From Octopus sinensis (Eukaryota): a stretch of DNA of 64,000 nucleotides. Below are positions 51,031 through 61,109 of this stretch, one piece after another (position 1 is the stretch's first letter; every line of letters begins with the position of its first letter). The DNA lies in the NCBI RefSeq assembly GCF_006345805.1, contig NC_043003.1, positions 107,198,001 to 107,262,000 on the forward strand, written 5' to 3'. Position numbers and translations under genes: made by a program. The notes under the pieces are model-generated. The model saw only the letters and a program-made list of their open reading frames with translations. It did no database searches and had not been told where the DNA came from.

Positions 51031-53812
51031 ACAACAATAAGGAGAGAGAGGGATGAGAGGGGTTGAAATAGAGGAAGAAGATGAACTTGCAAGAATCAGA
51101 GATTAAGTGAGAGATAATGAGACAGATTAAAGATTAGGGAAGAAAAGCAGATACATCCCTGTAGGCTAGCAGTTTGGCAAAAAAAAAAAATACCAACTTT
51201 AAAAGAAAAACCCATAACTCCTGGTGTCTATTTATTGGACTAAAATCCTTTAAGACAGTGCTCCAGCATGGCCACTGTCCAATGACTGAAAGAAGTAAAA
51301 GATAAAAGTAACTCCTGTACTTGTTGAACAAGTGATGAAAGAGAGACGAAGTAAATAAATGTACAATGTTTTATGTTGTTGGACATCGTTGAATATATTT
51401 ATTGGAAAATAAAATATTTAGAAATTAAATAATTCAGAGACACATCCACATAAAAAAAAAAAAACAATGGTTATGAGTTTGTGTTAACATATTTAGTACT
51501 CCAGTTAGTGTTAACAGATTTAGTTCTCCATGCATTAAATATGGTAATATTTACTTATTTGAATACATCCTGAGTGAACTTGGAGATAACATACACAGAA
51601 ACAGCATCAATAACTTACATGAAAGAAAATTTGAAAAATAAAATGCAATAAAAATACTTGTTATATGAAAATCAAAAAACAGCAATGAATATGTGCACAC
51701 ACGACTACATGGTGTCACAGTTTAAATAGGAGAGGCTGGAACAAGTCAACAGTACAAAATATATTCAAATACTTTTCTTTTCTACTCTAGGCACAAGGCC
51801 TGAAATTTTGGGGGAGGGGGTTCAGTCGATTAGATCGATCCCAGTACGCAACTGGCACTTAATTTATCAACCCCGAAAGGATGAAAGGCAAAGTCAATCT
51901 CTGTGGAATTTGAACTCTGAACATAAAGACAAACGAAATACCTATTTCTTTACTACCCACAAGGGGCTAAACACAGAGGGGACAAACAAGGACAGACAAA
52001 CGGATTAAGTCGATTACATCGACTCCAGTGTGTAACTGGTACTTAATTTATCGATCCCGAAAGGATGAAAGGCAAAGTCGACCTCTGTGGAATTTGAACT
52101 CTGAACATAAAAACAAAATACCTATTTCTTTACTACCCACAAGGGGCTAAACACAGAGGGGACAAACAAGGACAGACAAATGGATTAAGTCGATTACATC
52201 GACTCCAGTGCGTAACTGGTTCTTAATTTATCAACCCCGAAAGGATGAAAGGCAAAGTCGAACTCAGCAGAATTTGAACTCAGAACGTATAGGCCGACAA
52301 AACACCACTAAGCATTTCCCCCGGCATGCTAATGTTTCTGCCAGCTCACCACCCTCTTAATATATTCAAATACTAAAGAAGTTTTGACATGGTTTTTTGA
52401 AAGACTAGCAAAAATAGCAGCCAAATCTTTCTCAAATCACACTCTGCCATTATATGAAAAGATGTACACTTTGGATCCTTTACACATAGATACACTACTC
52501 TGCAGTAAGACACCAAGCCCTGTCCTTTTCTACATTTAATCTTTCATTAAGTAGCACAAAGTATTTCATCTGTCTTCATGTTCTGAGTTCAAATTCCACC
52601 ATGGTCGACTTTGCTTTTCATCATTTCAGGGTTGATAAATTAAGTACCAGTTGCATACTGGGGTTGATCTAATTCACTGGTCCCTTCCCCACAAATTTCA
52701 GGCCTTGTGCCTATAACAGAAAGGATTAAGTAGCACAGAGACACCAACCCCCTTACTATTATGATTCCCTCTTCCCAGCTGATGGGGTTTTTGTTTTGCA
52801 AGTTACTTAGTGACTCTGTTGGTGCTGGTGCCACATAAAATACACTGGTGATGGTGCCACATAAAAAGCATCCAGTACACTCTGTAAAGTGGTTGGTGTT
52901 AGGAAGGGCACATGGCCATAGAAACCATGCCAAAATAGACAATGGAGCATCGTGTGGCCCCTGGCATTATTAGGGTTTGTCAAGTCATCCAACCCATGCC
53001 AGCATGGAAAACAGACACTGAATGATGTTGATGATACACTATGACTGAAGAAAAAAGGGAGTTTTTTTTTTTTTTAATCATAGATCTCTTCCAATCAGGG
53101 TCGGCCTGAGACTAGACAACAATCTGTGCTAGCAGGGTGCAAAGAGCACCATACGAGTGTGATCGTTGACAGAGCGGCTAACTAGCTTCTGTGCCAGTGG
53201 CACATAAAAGGCACCATTCGAGTGTGTGATTTGCTGCAAAACCAGCTAATCCTCACTTCACTGAAGGGCAAAACTAGACTTTACGAGATTTCAACTCAAT
53301 ATATAAAGGACTGCAAAAAATACCACAAGGCATTTTTCCTGACACACAAATGATTCCGCTTCTTTCTAATGTTGAAACAAACCAGCAATTTTGAGGGAAG
53401 GAAAATCAATCAGATCAACCCCAGTACGCAAATGGCATTTATTGCTTGACCCCCAAAAGGATGAAAAGCAAAATTGACCTCAGCACAATTGGAACTCAGA
53501 AAATAAAGAACCAGAAGAATGGCAGCTAGGTATTTTGTCAGGTGTGCTAATGATTCTGCCAGCTCAGCGCCTTACTACTAATAATAATCCTTTCTATTAT
53601 AGGCACAAGAACTGAAATTTGGGGGAGGGGAATAGTCGATTTGATCGACCCCAGTACGCAACTGGTACTTAATTTATCGACCCCCCCCCCCCACAAGGAT
53701 GAAATGCAAAGTTGACCTCGGTAGAATTTGAACTCAGAACACAGCAACAGACAAAATACTGCTAAGCATTTCACTCGGTGTGCTAACGATTCTGCTAGCT
53801 TGCCACCATAAC

Positions 53813-53844
<32 letters not shown>

Positions 53845-54105
53845 CCTTTCTACACTAGGCACAAGGCCTGAAATTTTGGGGGAGTGGGGGGGCCAGTCAA
53901 TTTGGTTGACTATAATATGCAATTGGTACTTAATTTATCAACCCCCGAAAGGATGAAATGCAAAGTCAACCTTGGTGGAATTTGAACTCAGAACACAGCG
54001 ACAGATGAAGTACCACCAAGCACTTCACCTGGCATACTAACAATTCTGCCAGCTTGCCACCTTACTACTACTACTACTAATAATAATAATAATAATAATA
54101 ATAAC

Positions 54106-54138
<33 letters not shown>

Positions 54139-54713
54139 CTAAAATGCCCTGATGCAGTACCAGGCAGTGGCTCTCATGGCTTCTGATCTTAACTGATTGG
54201 AAGTGTTATCATGTACATTGTTTTGTCTTGGTATAAAAGATGGGCTACAGCAAATATTCTGCTCAATACCACAGATTTGCTTGTCAGTTGTTTGACCTTA
54301 ACCAGTTGAGCATGTCCCTTAGTGGCTGACGATATGTGCATCTCTGATCACGAGCAGAAGTAGTGGGGGAGATCATAGCCATGTGTTGAGAGGGATTCTT
54401 GGGGGTTGGATAATTCACCTCTGGAAATATGGGTGGTTCTTTCAACATCCTTAAACAACCTTATTCAGGGACCGTTGAGAGCGGGATGGGCTACTCAACC
54501 TGAAGAAAATTCTAACTGGGCTCCACCTGCAAGGTCATGTCTGTTTATCTTGATATGAGATCACCATGTCGCGCACATATGGTTGTGATGCATGTGCCTG
54601 GTGTGCCTTTATCAGACGGGTAGTCATGATGGGTATATTGGGCTTCGTATATTTTACCCCAGTGTCACTTTGATGACATGAACTGCTCTCTCACTCCTAA
54701 TAATAATAATAAT

Positions 54714-54752
<39 letters not shown>

Positions 54753-54954
54753 GTGATGAGGAGGGGAGAATGGTGGTGGTTAATGAGTGAAATAACAAAA
54801 ATCTGTTTCAAATTCACTAATTAGTTAAGGTTTTAAAGATCTTAATTTCAATACTGTTGCATGTTAGAATCACACCTGGTTGAATTTGAAATGAAGTGTT
54901 AGAGTTACAGACACACAACTGCATGCACACACACACACACACACCACACACACA

Positions 54955-54986
<32 letters not shown>

Positions 54987-55312
54987 TGCATGCACACTCA
55001 CAAATACATAAACACATGCACAAATGCACACAGACACACATGTATACTCATACAAATAAATACACACAAACATACACAGAAGATTATAAACCCACATACA
55101 TGCCTACATATACACACACGAACACACACAGACACACACATCCACAACATGGTCTTGTGTGTCTGTCAGGATTATCCCACAATGCAAGAGGTGCTACGCA
55201 CTCAATATTGACCAATCAGCTTTCACCGTTGTTCCCTCTCCATCACAAGGTCATCAGCTTCATCAAATCTTACATTGCACGCATCTGATTCGATCCACAT
55301 TAACTTATAAAG

Positions 55313-55463
55313 TACTAGCAGTATCACCCGGCGTTGCTCGGGTTTCTAAGGGAAATAACTATATAAGCACTTTTAGAGATGTAAAGTATAATAGCCATCT
55401 CAATATGGCTAACCACAAAGGGGGGGGGTTACTGTAGTTTCTTACGTTCTGAGATTTAATAAA
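55313..55463. mobile_element. Possible non-autonomous Helitron/Helentron-like element
   Basis: Starts TACTAGCAG...CCCGGCGTTGCTCGGG (hairpin near the end, a layout I recall for Helentron/DINE-like elements). Single copy here; no coding evidence. Confidence 0.3.
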
Positions 55464-55718
55464 TATATATACGACGGGCTTCTTTCAGTTTCTGTCTACC
55501 AAATCCACTCACAAGGCTTTGGTCGGCCCGAGGCTATAGTAGAAGACACTTGCCCAAGGTGCCATGCAGTGGGACTGAACCCGGAACTATGTGGTTGGTA
55601 GACAAGCTACTTACCACACAGCCACTCCTGCACCTATATATGTGCATATATGTATCTAAGACGTTGCATCCATTCACCATTAGACGGTGGTGAGAGGGAC
55701 AAATGCACACACACACAC

Positions 55719-55749
<31 letters not shown>

Positions 55750-55787
55750 TGTATATATATGTATATATATATATATATATATATGTA

Positions 55788-55818
<31 letters not shown>

Positions 55819-55859
55819 ATACAACTTTCAACAAAGTAGCAGTCATGTATACAACTTCA

Positions 55860-56119
55860 ACAGACACGTATCAGAACATAAACATACATTCACATGTACG
55901 TAAACATGTACACACACATACACAGACACATCTACACACTTACCAAAATACTTACATACATAAGTACATATGTACACACATACATGCATACATACATGCA
56001 TATAGACATGTACACATATGCATATGCACATACATACATACATACATACATTCATACACACATACATACATACACACACACACACACATACATACACACA
56101 TACATACATACACACACAT

Positions 56120-56150
<31 letters not shown>

Positions 56151-56549
56151 TACATACATACATACATAAATACATACATACATACATACATGTACATACA
56201 TACATACACACACACATGCATACGTACATACATACACACACACATACATACATACATACACACATACATACACACATACATACACATACATACATTCATA
56301 CATACATGCATACATGCATACATACATGTACATACATACATACATACATACATACACACACACATACATACATACATACATATATACACACACACATACA
56401 CACATACATACATACATAAATACATACATACATACATACATGTACATACATACACACATACATACATACACACATACATACATACACACACATACATATA
56501 TACATACATACATAAATACATACATACATACATGTACATACATACACAC

Positions 56550-56582
<33 letters not shown>

Positions 56583-56680
56583 TACATACATAAATACATA
56601 CATACATACATGTACATACATACATACACACATACATACATACATACATACACACATATATACATACAAATATATATCAT
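55860..56680. repeat. (CATA)n/(CA)n compound microsatellite
   Basis: Direct reading; source of the 345-aa H/T/Y/I ORF. A similar tract lies at 38470-38935. Confidence 0.97.
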
Positions 56681-57187
56681 GAATTAACTGTTACGTTCTC
56701 AGATGCAGGACGGAATTTTGTCAGTGATCAGGGACAGAGAAAACTCCGCTTCTCTGACTTATTTTCTCTGGAGACTCTGTGATCTCCAAGATGAAATATT
56801 CCAGCATCAAGTGGAATATTGCCACCATATTCACCCAGTGCCCCCAACTGCCAGCTCTGCCTCCGTAAAAACTGCATATCCTCCAACACCCTACAGCATC
56901 CATGAACAAGAAATACAATTTATCATATTGCTGCCACCAGAGGTGTTCCCTACTGGCAATTTTCAGACCTCTGACTGCCGACAACCTGGATACACCACCT
57001 TAACACCAGCTGCTACTCTGCACCGCCTGCACCAAGGTCACCACTACAACCAACCCCCTGAGCAGGACTACCAATTACCAATACCCAATGCTTGTTTTGC
57101 ACTTGCAAATGCACATTGTTTGCACACGTATGTGTGCGCACACACTGGTGTGCATTTGTACATGTATGCAAATAAACACATGTAGAT

Positions 57188-57710
57188 GGGCATATGGTGT
57201 AGTGGTTAAGAGCGTGGGCTTACTGACCCCAAGATTCTGAGTTCTATTCCAGGCAGTGACCTGAATAATAATAATGATGATAAAAATAATAATGATGATG
57301 ATAATAATTATAATAATAATTATAATAATAATAAAAAAGAAGAAGAAGAAGAAGAAAAAAAGAGAAGAAGAAGAAGAGAAGAAGAAAGAAGAAGAAGAAG
57401 AAGAAGAAGAAGAAGAAGAAGAAGGAGAAGAAGAAGAAGAGAGAAGAAGAAGAGAAGAGGAAGAAGAAGAAAGAAGAAGAAGAAGAAGAAGAAGAAGAAG
57501 AGAAGAAAGAAGAAGAAGAGAAGAAAGAAGAAGAAAGAAAGGAAGAAGAAGAAGAACAACAACAACAACATTGAAAAATAGCTTAGAATGAGAACCCAGG
57601 TTTTAAATGTCCCCAAGACACCTGATGAAGGCTGGAGGTATATCAGCCGAAACGTTGTGTTAACAACAAACGAGATGAGGACAAATATCCATCGAATGTA
57701 AATAGTGTAC
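57188..57710 (+). mobile_element. tRNA-headed SINE-like element with an internal microsatellite and a 3' hammerhead ribozyme
   Basis: A-box TGGTGTAGTGG and B-box-like GAGTTCTATTCC, then an (AAT)n/(AAG)n tract, then an HHR motif at 57617-57661. Same architecture at 15141-15443(-), 15444-15677(+) and 44552-46070(+, split by an RTE). Confidence 0.8.
57617..57661 (+). ncRNA. Minimal (Penelope-type) hammerhead ribozyme motif, core intact
   Basis: GACAC-CTGATGA-A-GGCTG(GAGGTATAT)CAGCC-GAA-ACGT-T-GTGTT. Stem I GACAC/GTGTT, stem II GGCTG/CAGCC, palindromic ACGT stem III, predicted cleavage after GUU. Degenerate copies at 15236-15281(-), 15576-15621(+) and 45948-45993(+). Confidence 0.8.
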
Positions 57711-58193
57711 ATATATACATGTAAAACATGAACTAATATGCATCTGTGTGCATGTGTGTGTGTGAGTGTGTGTGCATGCATGCATGTTCATCCAAGTGTG
57801 TGTGTATGTGTGTGTGGGGAGGCAGACTTGCACGTGCCCCCCCTTCCTACTCCCCACAACAACCTGACTGATTTCCTATCCACCACGTGGTCTATTTCCA
57901 GTCCTCCACTTGGTTAATTTCCTGTTCATCATGCAGTATTTTTCAACTAACCATTACCCCCATACCAACATCAAACCACGACACCATGTGACCTTTCTCG
58001 GCCAATTGCAGCTCACCTTACAGTAATAACAATTAACCTCTGCCATTCAAATTCAAAATGGCTGATGACTAGCATCATGCTTGAAACTCAAGAGTACCAA
58101 CAATTTGAATCAAACTGTTTTGATCCATCGCGTGTGTACCGTTGGCGATTTTTTTCCTCCGTCTTCCCTTCTCTGGATCTTTCCTTTTCCTAT

Positions 58194-58228
58194 GTTTCTG
58201 ATGAAGAGTTCTGCTCGAAACGTTAAAC
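58194..58228 (+). ncRNA. Minimal hammerhead ribozyme motif, second family, core intact
   Basis: GTTT-CTGATGA-A-GAG(TTCTG)CTC-GAA-ACGT-T-AAAC, stem I GTTT/AAAC. Related degenerate copies at 33218-33252(-) and 40852-40886(-). Confidence 0.75.
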
Positions 58229-58325
58229 CCTCCTTCTTCCCTTCCTTCCTGAGCATCCAATAATTCTATATTTGTTCCACGTCCTCGCGTTGTTGTGTTT
58301 TCTCTTTGTGTTTTCATGTTTGGAT

Positions 58326-58372
<47 letters not shown>

Positions 58373-58373
58373 A

Positions 58374-58902
58374 CAGGGTGGACCAAAATGATCTGACACA
58401 TTTGGAGGCTTAATAAGAGCACAAAATAAGAAATAATGAAAAGAAAAATTTTATTTTCTGAATTAAGTTTTAAAAATTAAATCAGCTAAATGCTTCCCAA
58501 CATTGTCAACACACTGTTGGAGACGGTCATGAAATTTATCGATAACTCTATGGATCATTTCTTCTGGAATGGTTGCTATTTCTACACAAATTGCACATTT
58601 TAATTCATCAATAGATTGAGGGCGATGGCTGAATACTTTTGATTTTAAATATCCCCACAAGAAGAAATTACATTTCACCATTCCAGAAGAAATGATCCAT
58701 AGAGTTATCGATAACTTTCAGGAACATCTCCAACAGTGTGTCGACTATGATGGAAAGCATTTAGCTGATTTAATTTTTAAAACTTAATGAAATAAAATGG
58801 CATTATATGTACATTCAGAAAATAAAATTTTTATTTTCATTATTTCTTATTTTGTGATTTTATTAAGCCTCCAAATGTGTCAGATCATTTTGGTCCACCC
58901 TG
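58374..58902. mobile_element. Palindromic Tc1/mariner-derived MITE-like element made of two 3' ends
   Basis: TA-CAGGGTGGACCAAAATGATCTGACAC...GTGTCAGATCATTTTGGTCCACCCTG-TA. Arms 58374-58573 and 58677-58902 around a 103 bp spacer. ORF 58463-58681 (FFLWGYLKSKVF...IDELKCAI...RLQQCVDNVGKH) is a Tc1/mariner transposase C-terminus. Confidence 0.88.
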
Positions 58903-58903
58903 T

Positions 58904-58945
<42 letters not shown>

Positions 58946-59035
58946 TATCTAAAGCAGCAGAAAATTCAACAAAATTTGTTACTCTGAGTTTCTCATTGCC
59001 GTTCATCAGACAGTTTTGTTAGAATCTAACAAAAA

Positions 59036-59073
59036 CTGTCTGATGAACGGCAACGAGAAACTCAGAGTAACAG
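59036..59073 (+). ncRNA. Hammerhead ribozyme-like motif, third family
   Basis: CTGT-CTGATGA-ACG(GCAA)CGA-GAA-ACT(CAG)AGT-A-ACAG. Stem I CTGT/ACAG, GNRA-capped stem II with an A.A mismatch at its base, 3-bp stem III, GUA triplet. Inverted copy at 58976-59013. Confidence 0.65.
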
Positions 59074-59367
59074 ATTTTGTTGAATTTTGTTGAATTTTCT
59101 GCTGCTTTAAATAAAGCATATTACTCTACCACTGGTATTTGAGTACTCTTTTTTTCCACCTTGTTTCACATTTATGTGTTTACTCCGGTATATATATATA
59201 TATATATATTCTGAATTTGTGTAAATGTGTATAGAATAATATATCAGTTGAATAAAGTTACAACATGGTCTGGTTTATACATTTTTTATTGTATTTTAAA
59301 AAAACTTTTACCATGTTGAAGTGTGTTAAACATTAAAAAATATTTTATAATGTTCGTAAAGTTCAAT

Positions 59368-59474
59368 AAAAATATGGAATGTTTCATGAATTTGCATGCC
59401 ATCCTTGCGCCGGGGCCATGCTAATCTTCTCCGTATCATTCCAATTTTAGAATATGTGCTGCCAAAGCTAGCAC
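59368..59474 (-). pseudogene. U6: U6 snRNA pseudogene, full length (107 nt)
   Basis: Reverse complement: GTGCTAGCTTTGGCAGCACATATTCTAAAATTGGAATGATACGGAGAAGATTAGCATGGCCCCGGCGCAAGGATGGCATGCAAATTCATGAAACATTCCATATTTTT, colinear with metazoan U6. The ACAGAGA box is ACGGAGA, several CpGs have decayed, and the upstream promoter region is replaced by an inverted repeat arm. Confidence 0.93.
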
Positions 59475-59669
59475 TTAATTCATGAAGTGTTGCATATTTT
59501 TATTGAACTTTATGAACATAACGAAATATTTTTTTATGTTTAACTCACTTCAACATTGCAAAACGTTTTTCTTAAATACAATAAAAAACATGAAAACCAA
59601 ACCATAGTTTGAGGATAAAAAAATGATAAAGTGATCTATCGAACACTCTAAAGTAATCTTTCCAAAATG

Positions 59670-60040
59670 GTCTACCTCTAGCAGTCTATCTCAAGGAGTC
59701 TATCTTGAGTAAGCTACCTTGAGTAGTCTATTTTGGGTAGTCTATCATGAGTTGTCTCTCTTAAACAGTCTCTCTCAAGCTGTCTATCTTAAATAGTCTA
59801 TCTCAAGCTGTCTATCTCAAGTAGTCTATCTTCAGTAGTCTATCTCAAGTAGTCTATCTTCAGTAGTCTATCTTCAGTACTCTATCTCAAGTAGTCTATC
59901 TTGAGTGGTCTATCTTCAGTAGTCTATCTTGAGTGGTCTATCTTCAGTAGTCTATCTCAAGTAGTCTATCTTGAGTGGTCTATCTTCAATAGTCTATCTC
60001 AAGTAGTCTACCTTGAGTGGTCTATCTCCAGTAGTCTATC
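59670..60040. repeat. 14-bp minisatellite (AGTAGTCTATCTYV), about 26 copies
   Basis: Direct reading; more degenerate at the left end. Confidence 0.92.
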
Positions 60041-60123
60041 GCATGCTCATATCATGAAACCCATTCTTCTCTTTTACACAGTAAAATATTGCCAATGGAA
60101 AGTATTTAGAAATGGAATCAAAC

Positions 60124-60368
60124 CTGTCTTCATTTATTTTAACGATGTTGTCAGATGTCAACGGGTTCTGCTCCACAGCTCGTGCAAATTGCAACGTGCT
60201 CCTTCCGAGTTCTTTGGCCACTTCATGGAACTTGTTGTTATCAGCCTGTGAGGGACGATAGGAGAATTTCTCTGCCTTTGATTTCTGTTTTTGAGCCAGG
60301 GCCGCTTTGTATTTCTCTTCCATGTCTTGCTGTTGCTCGACAGCCTCTTTCAGCACATTGTCAATAAT
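60124..60368 (-). CDS. IQCG: Internal coding exon of an IQCG/DRC9-like (dynein regulatory complex subunit 9) gene
   Basis: Strong acceptor (ttctttcttgtttgcttctag, AG at 60370-60369) and donor GTTTGA at 60123. 245 nt open reading: IIDNVLKEAVEQQQDMEEKYKAALAQKQKSKAEKFSYRPSQADNNKFHEVAKELGRSTLQFARAVEQNPLTSDNIVKINED+AG. Coiled-coil composition; the ending resembles the IQCG/DRC9 segment I recall (NP...DN..KI..DR). Family call is from memory. Confidence 0.72.
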
Positions 60369-60492
60369 CTAGAAGCAAACAAGAAAGAACAGGGAACATA
60401 ATGAAGGAGAAAAGGAAGAGGCAGCAGAAGAAGGAAGTGGCAGCGACGGGGGGGGGGGGGCTATGGAGATGGGTAAGGGGAGGGGAGAGGGG

Positions 60493-60523
<31 letters not shown>

Positions 60524-60705
60524 AGGAAAAGGAAAATATATAAAAAAACTGACAAGTTTCAAAATCAGTTTTTAAAAAATAATTAGTTTTAAAAATATGT
60601 GATTCTGTAACAAATATCACCATCATTATCATCATTATCCTCCTCCTCCTCATCATCATCATCCACATTGTCAACATTATTATAACTGTCATAATATCAA
60701 TATTG

Positions 60706-60759
<54 letters not shown>

Positions 60760-61109
60760 ATCATCATTGTTCTCATTAATAAAGCATTACCGCCATTATT
60801 CTTATCCTTTTCGTGACAAATTATTTAAAATCCAATTCATCATTATCGTTATTACCATTATTGCTATTAACATTGACATTATCATCTTTATGATCATCAG
60901 TGGATTGTGTCCTTCAGCAAGACACTCTGTTTCACATTGCTCCAGTCCACTCAGCTGGCAAAGGTAAGTTGTACCTGTAATACAAAGGGTACATATGTCT
61001 GTGGAGTATTCAACCACTTACATGCTAATTTCACAAGCAGGCAGTTCCACTAATCGGATCAACAGGAAGCCTCGTTGTCATAACTGATGGAGTTTCCAGC
61101 CACACATTA

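Noticed and set aside
48711-51152. ~110-bp direct repeat (48711-48820 and 51037-51152); also 20404-20470 and 20553-20620
   Set aside because: Low-complexity local duplications with no structural or coding signal.
55650-56687. 345-aa and 242-aa ORFs
   Set aside because: Translations of a (CATA)n/(CA)n microsatellite; the same applies to ORFs at 8388-8818, 20603-21154, 29037-29586 and 38444-38935.
56703-57185. 160-aa ORF in non-repetitive sequence
   Set aside because: No recognisable domain or splice structure, and it ends in a CA/TG tract; may be a decayed TE.
58058-58092. GGCTGATGAC...GAAACTC as another hammerhead
   Set aside because: A possible AGCA/TGCT stem II exists, but I found no stem I pairing.
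59368-59474. Functional U6 gene
   Set aside because: ACAGAGA box mutated, CpG decay throughout and no upstream promoter region.
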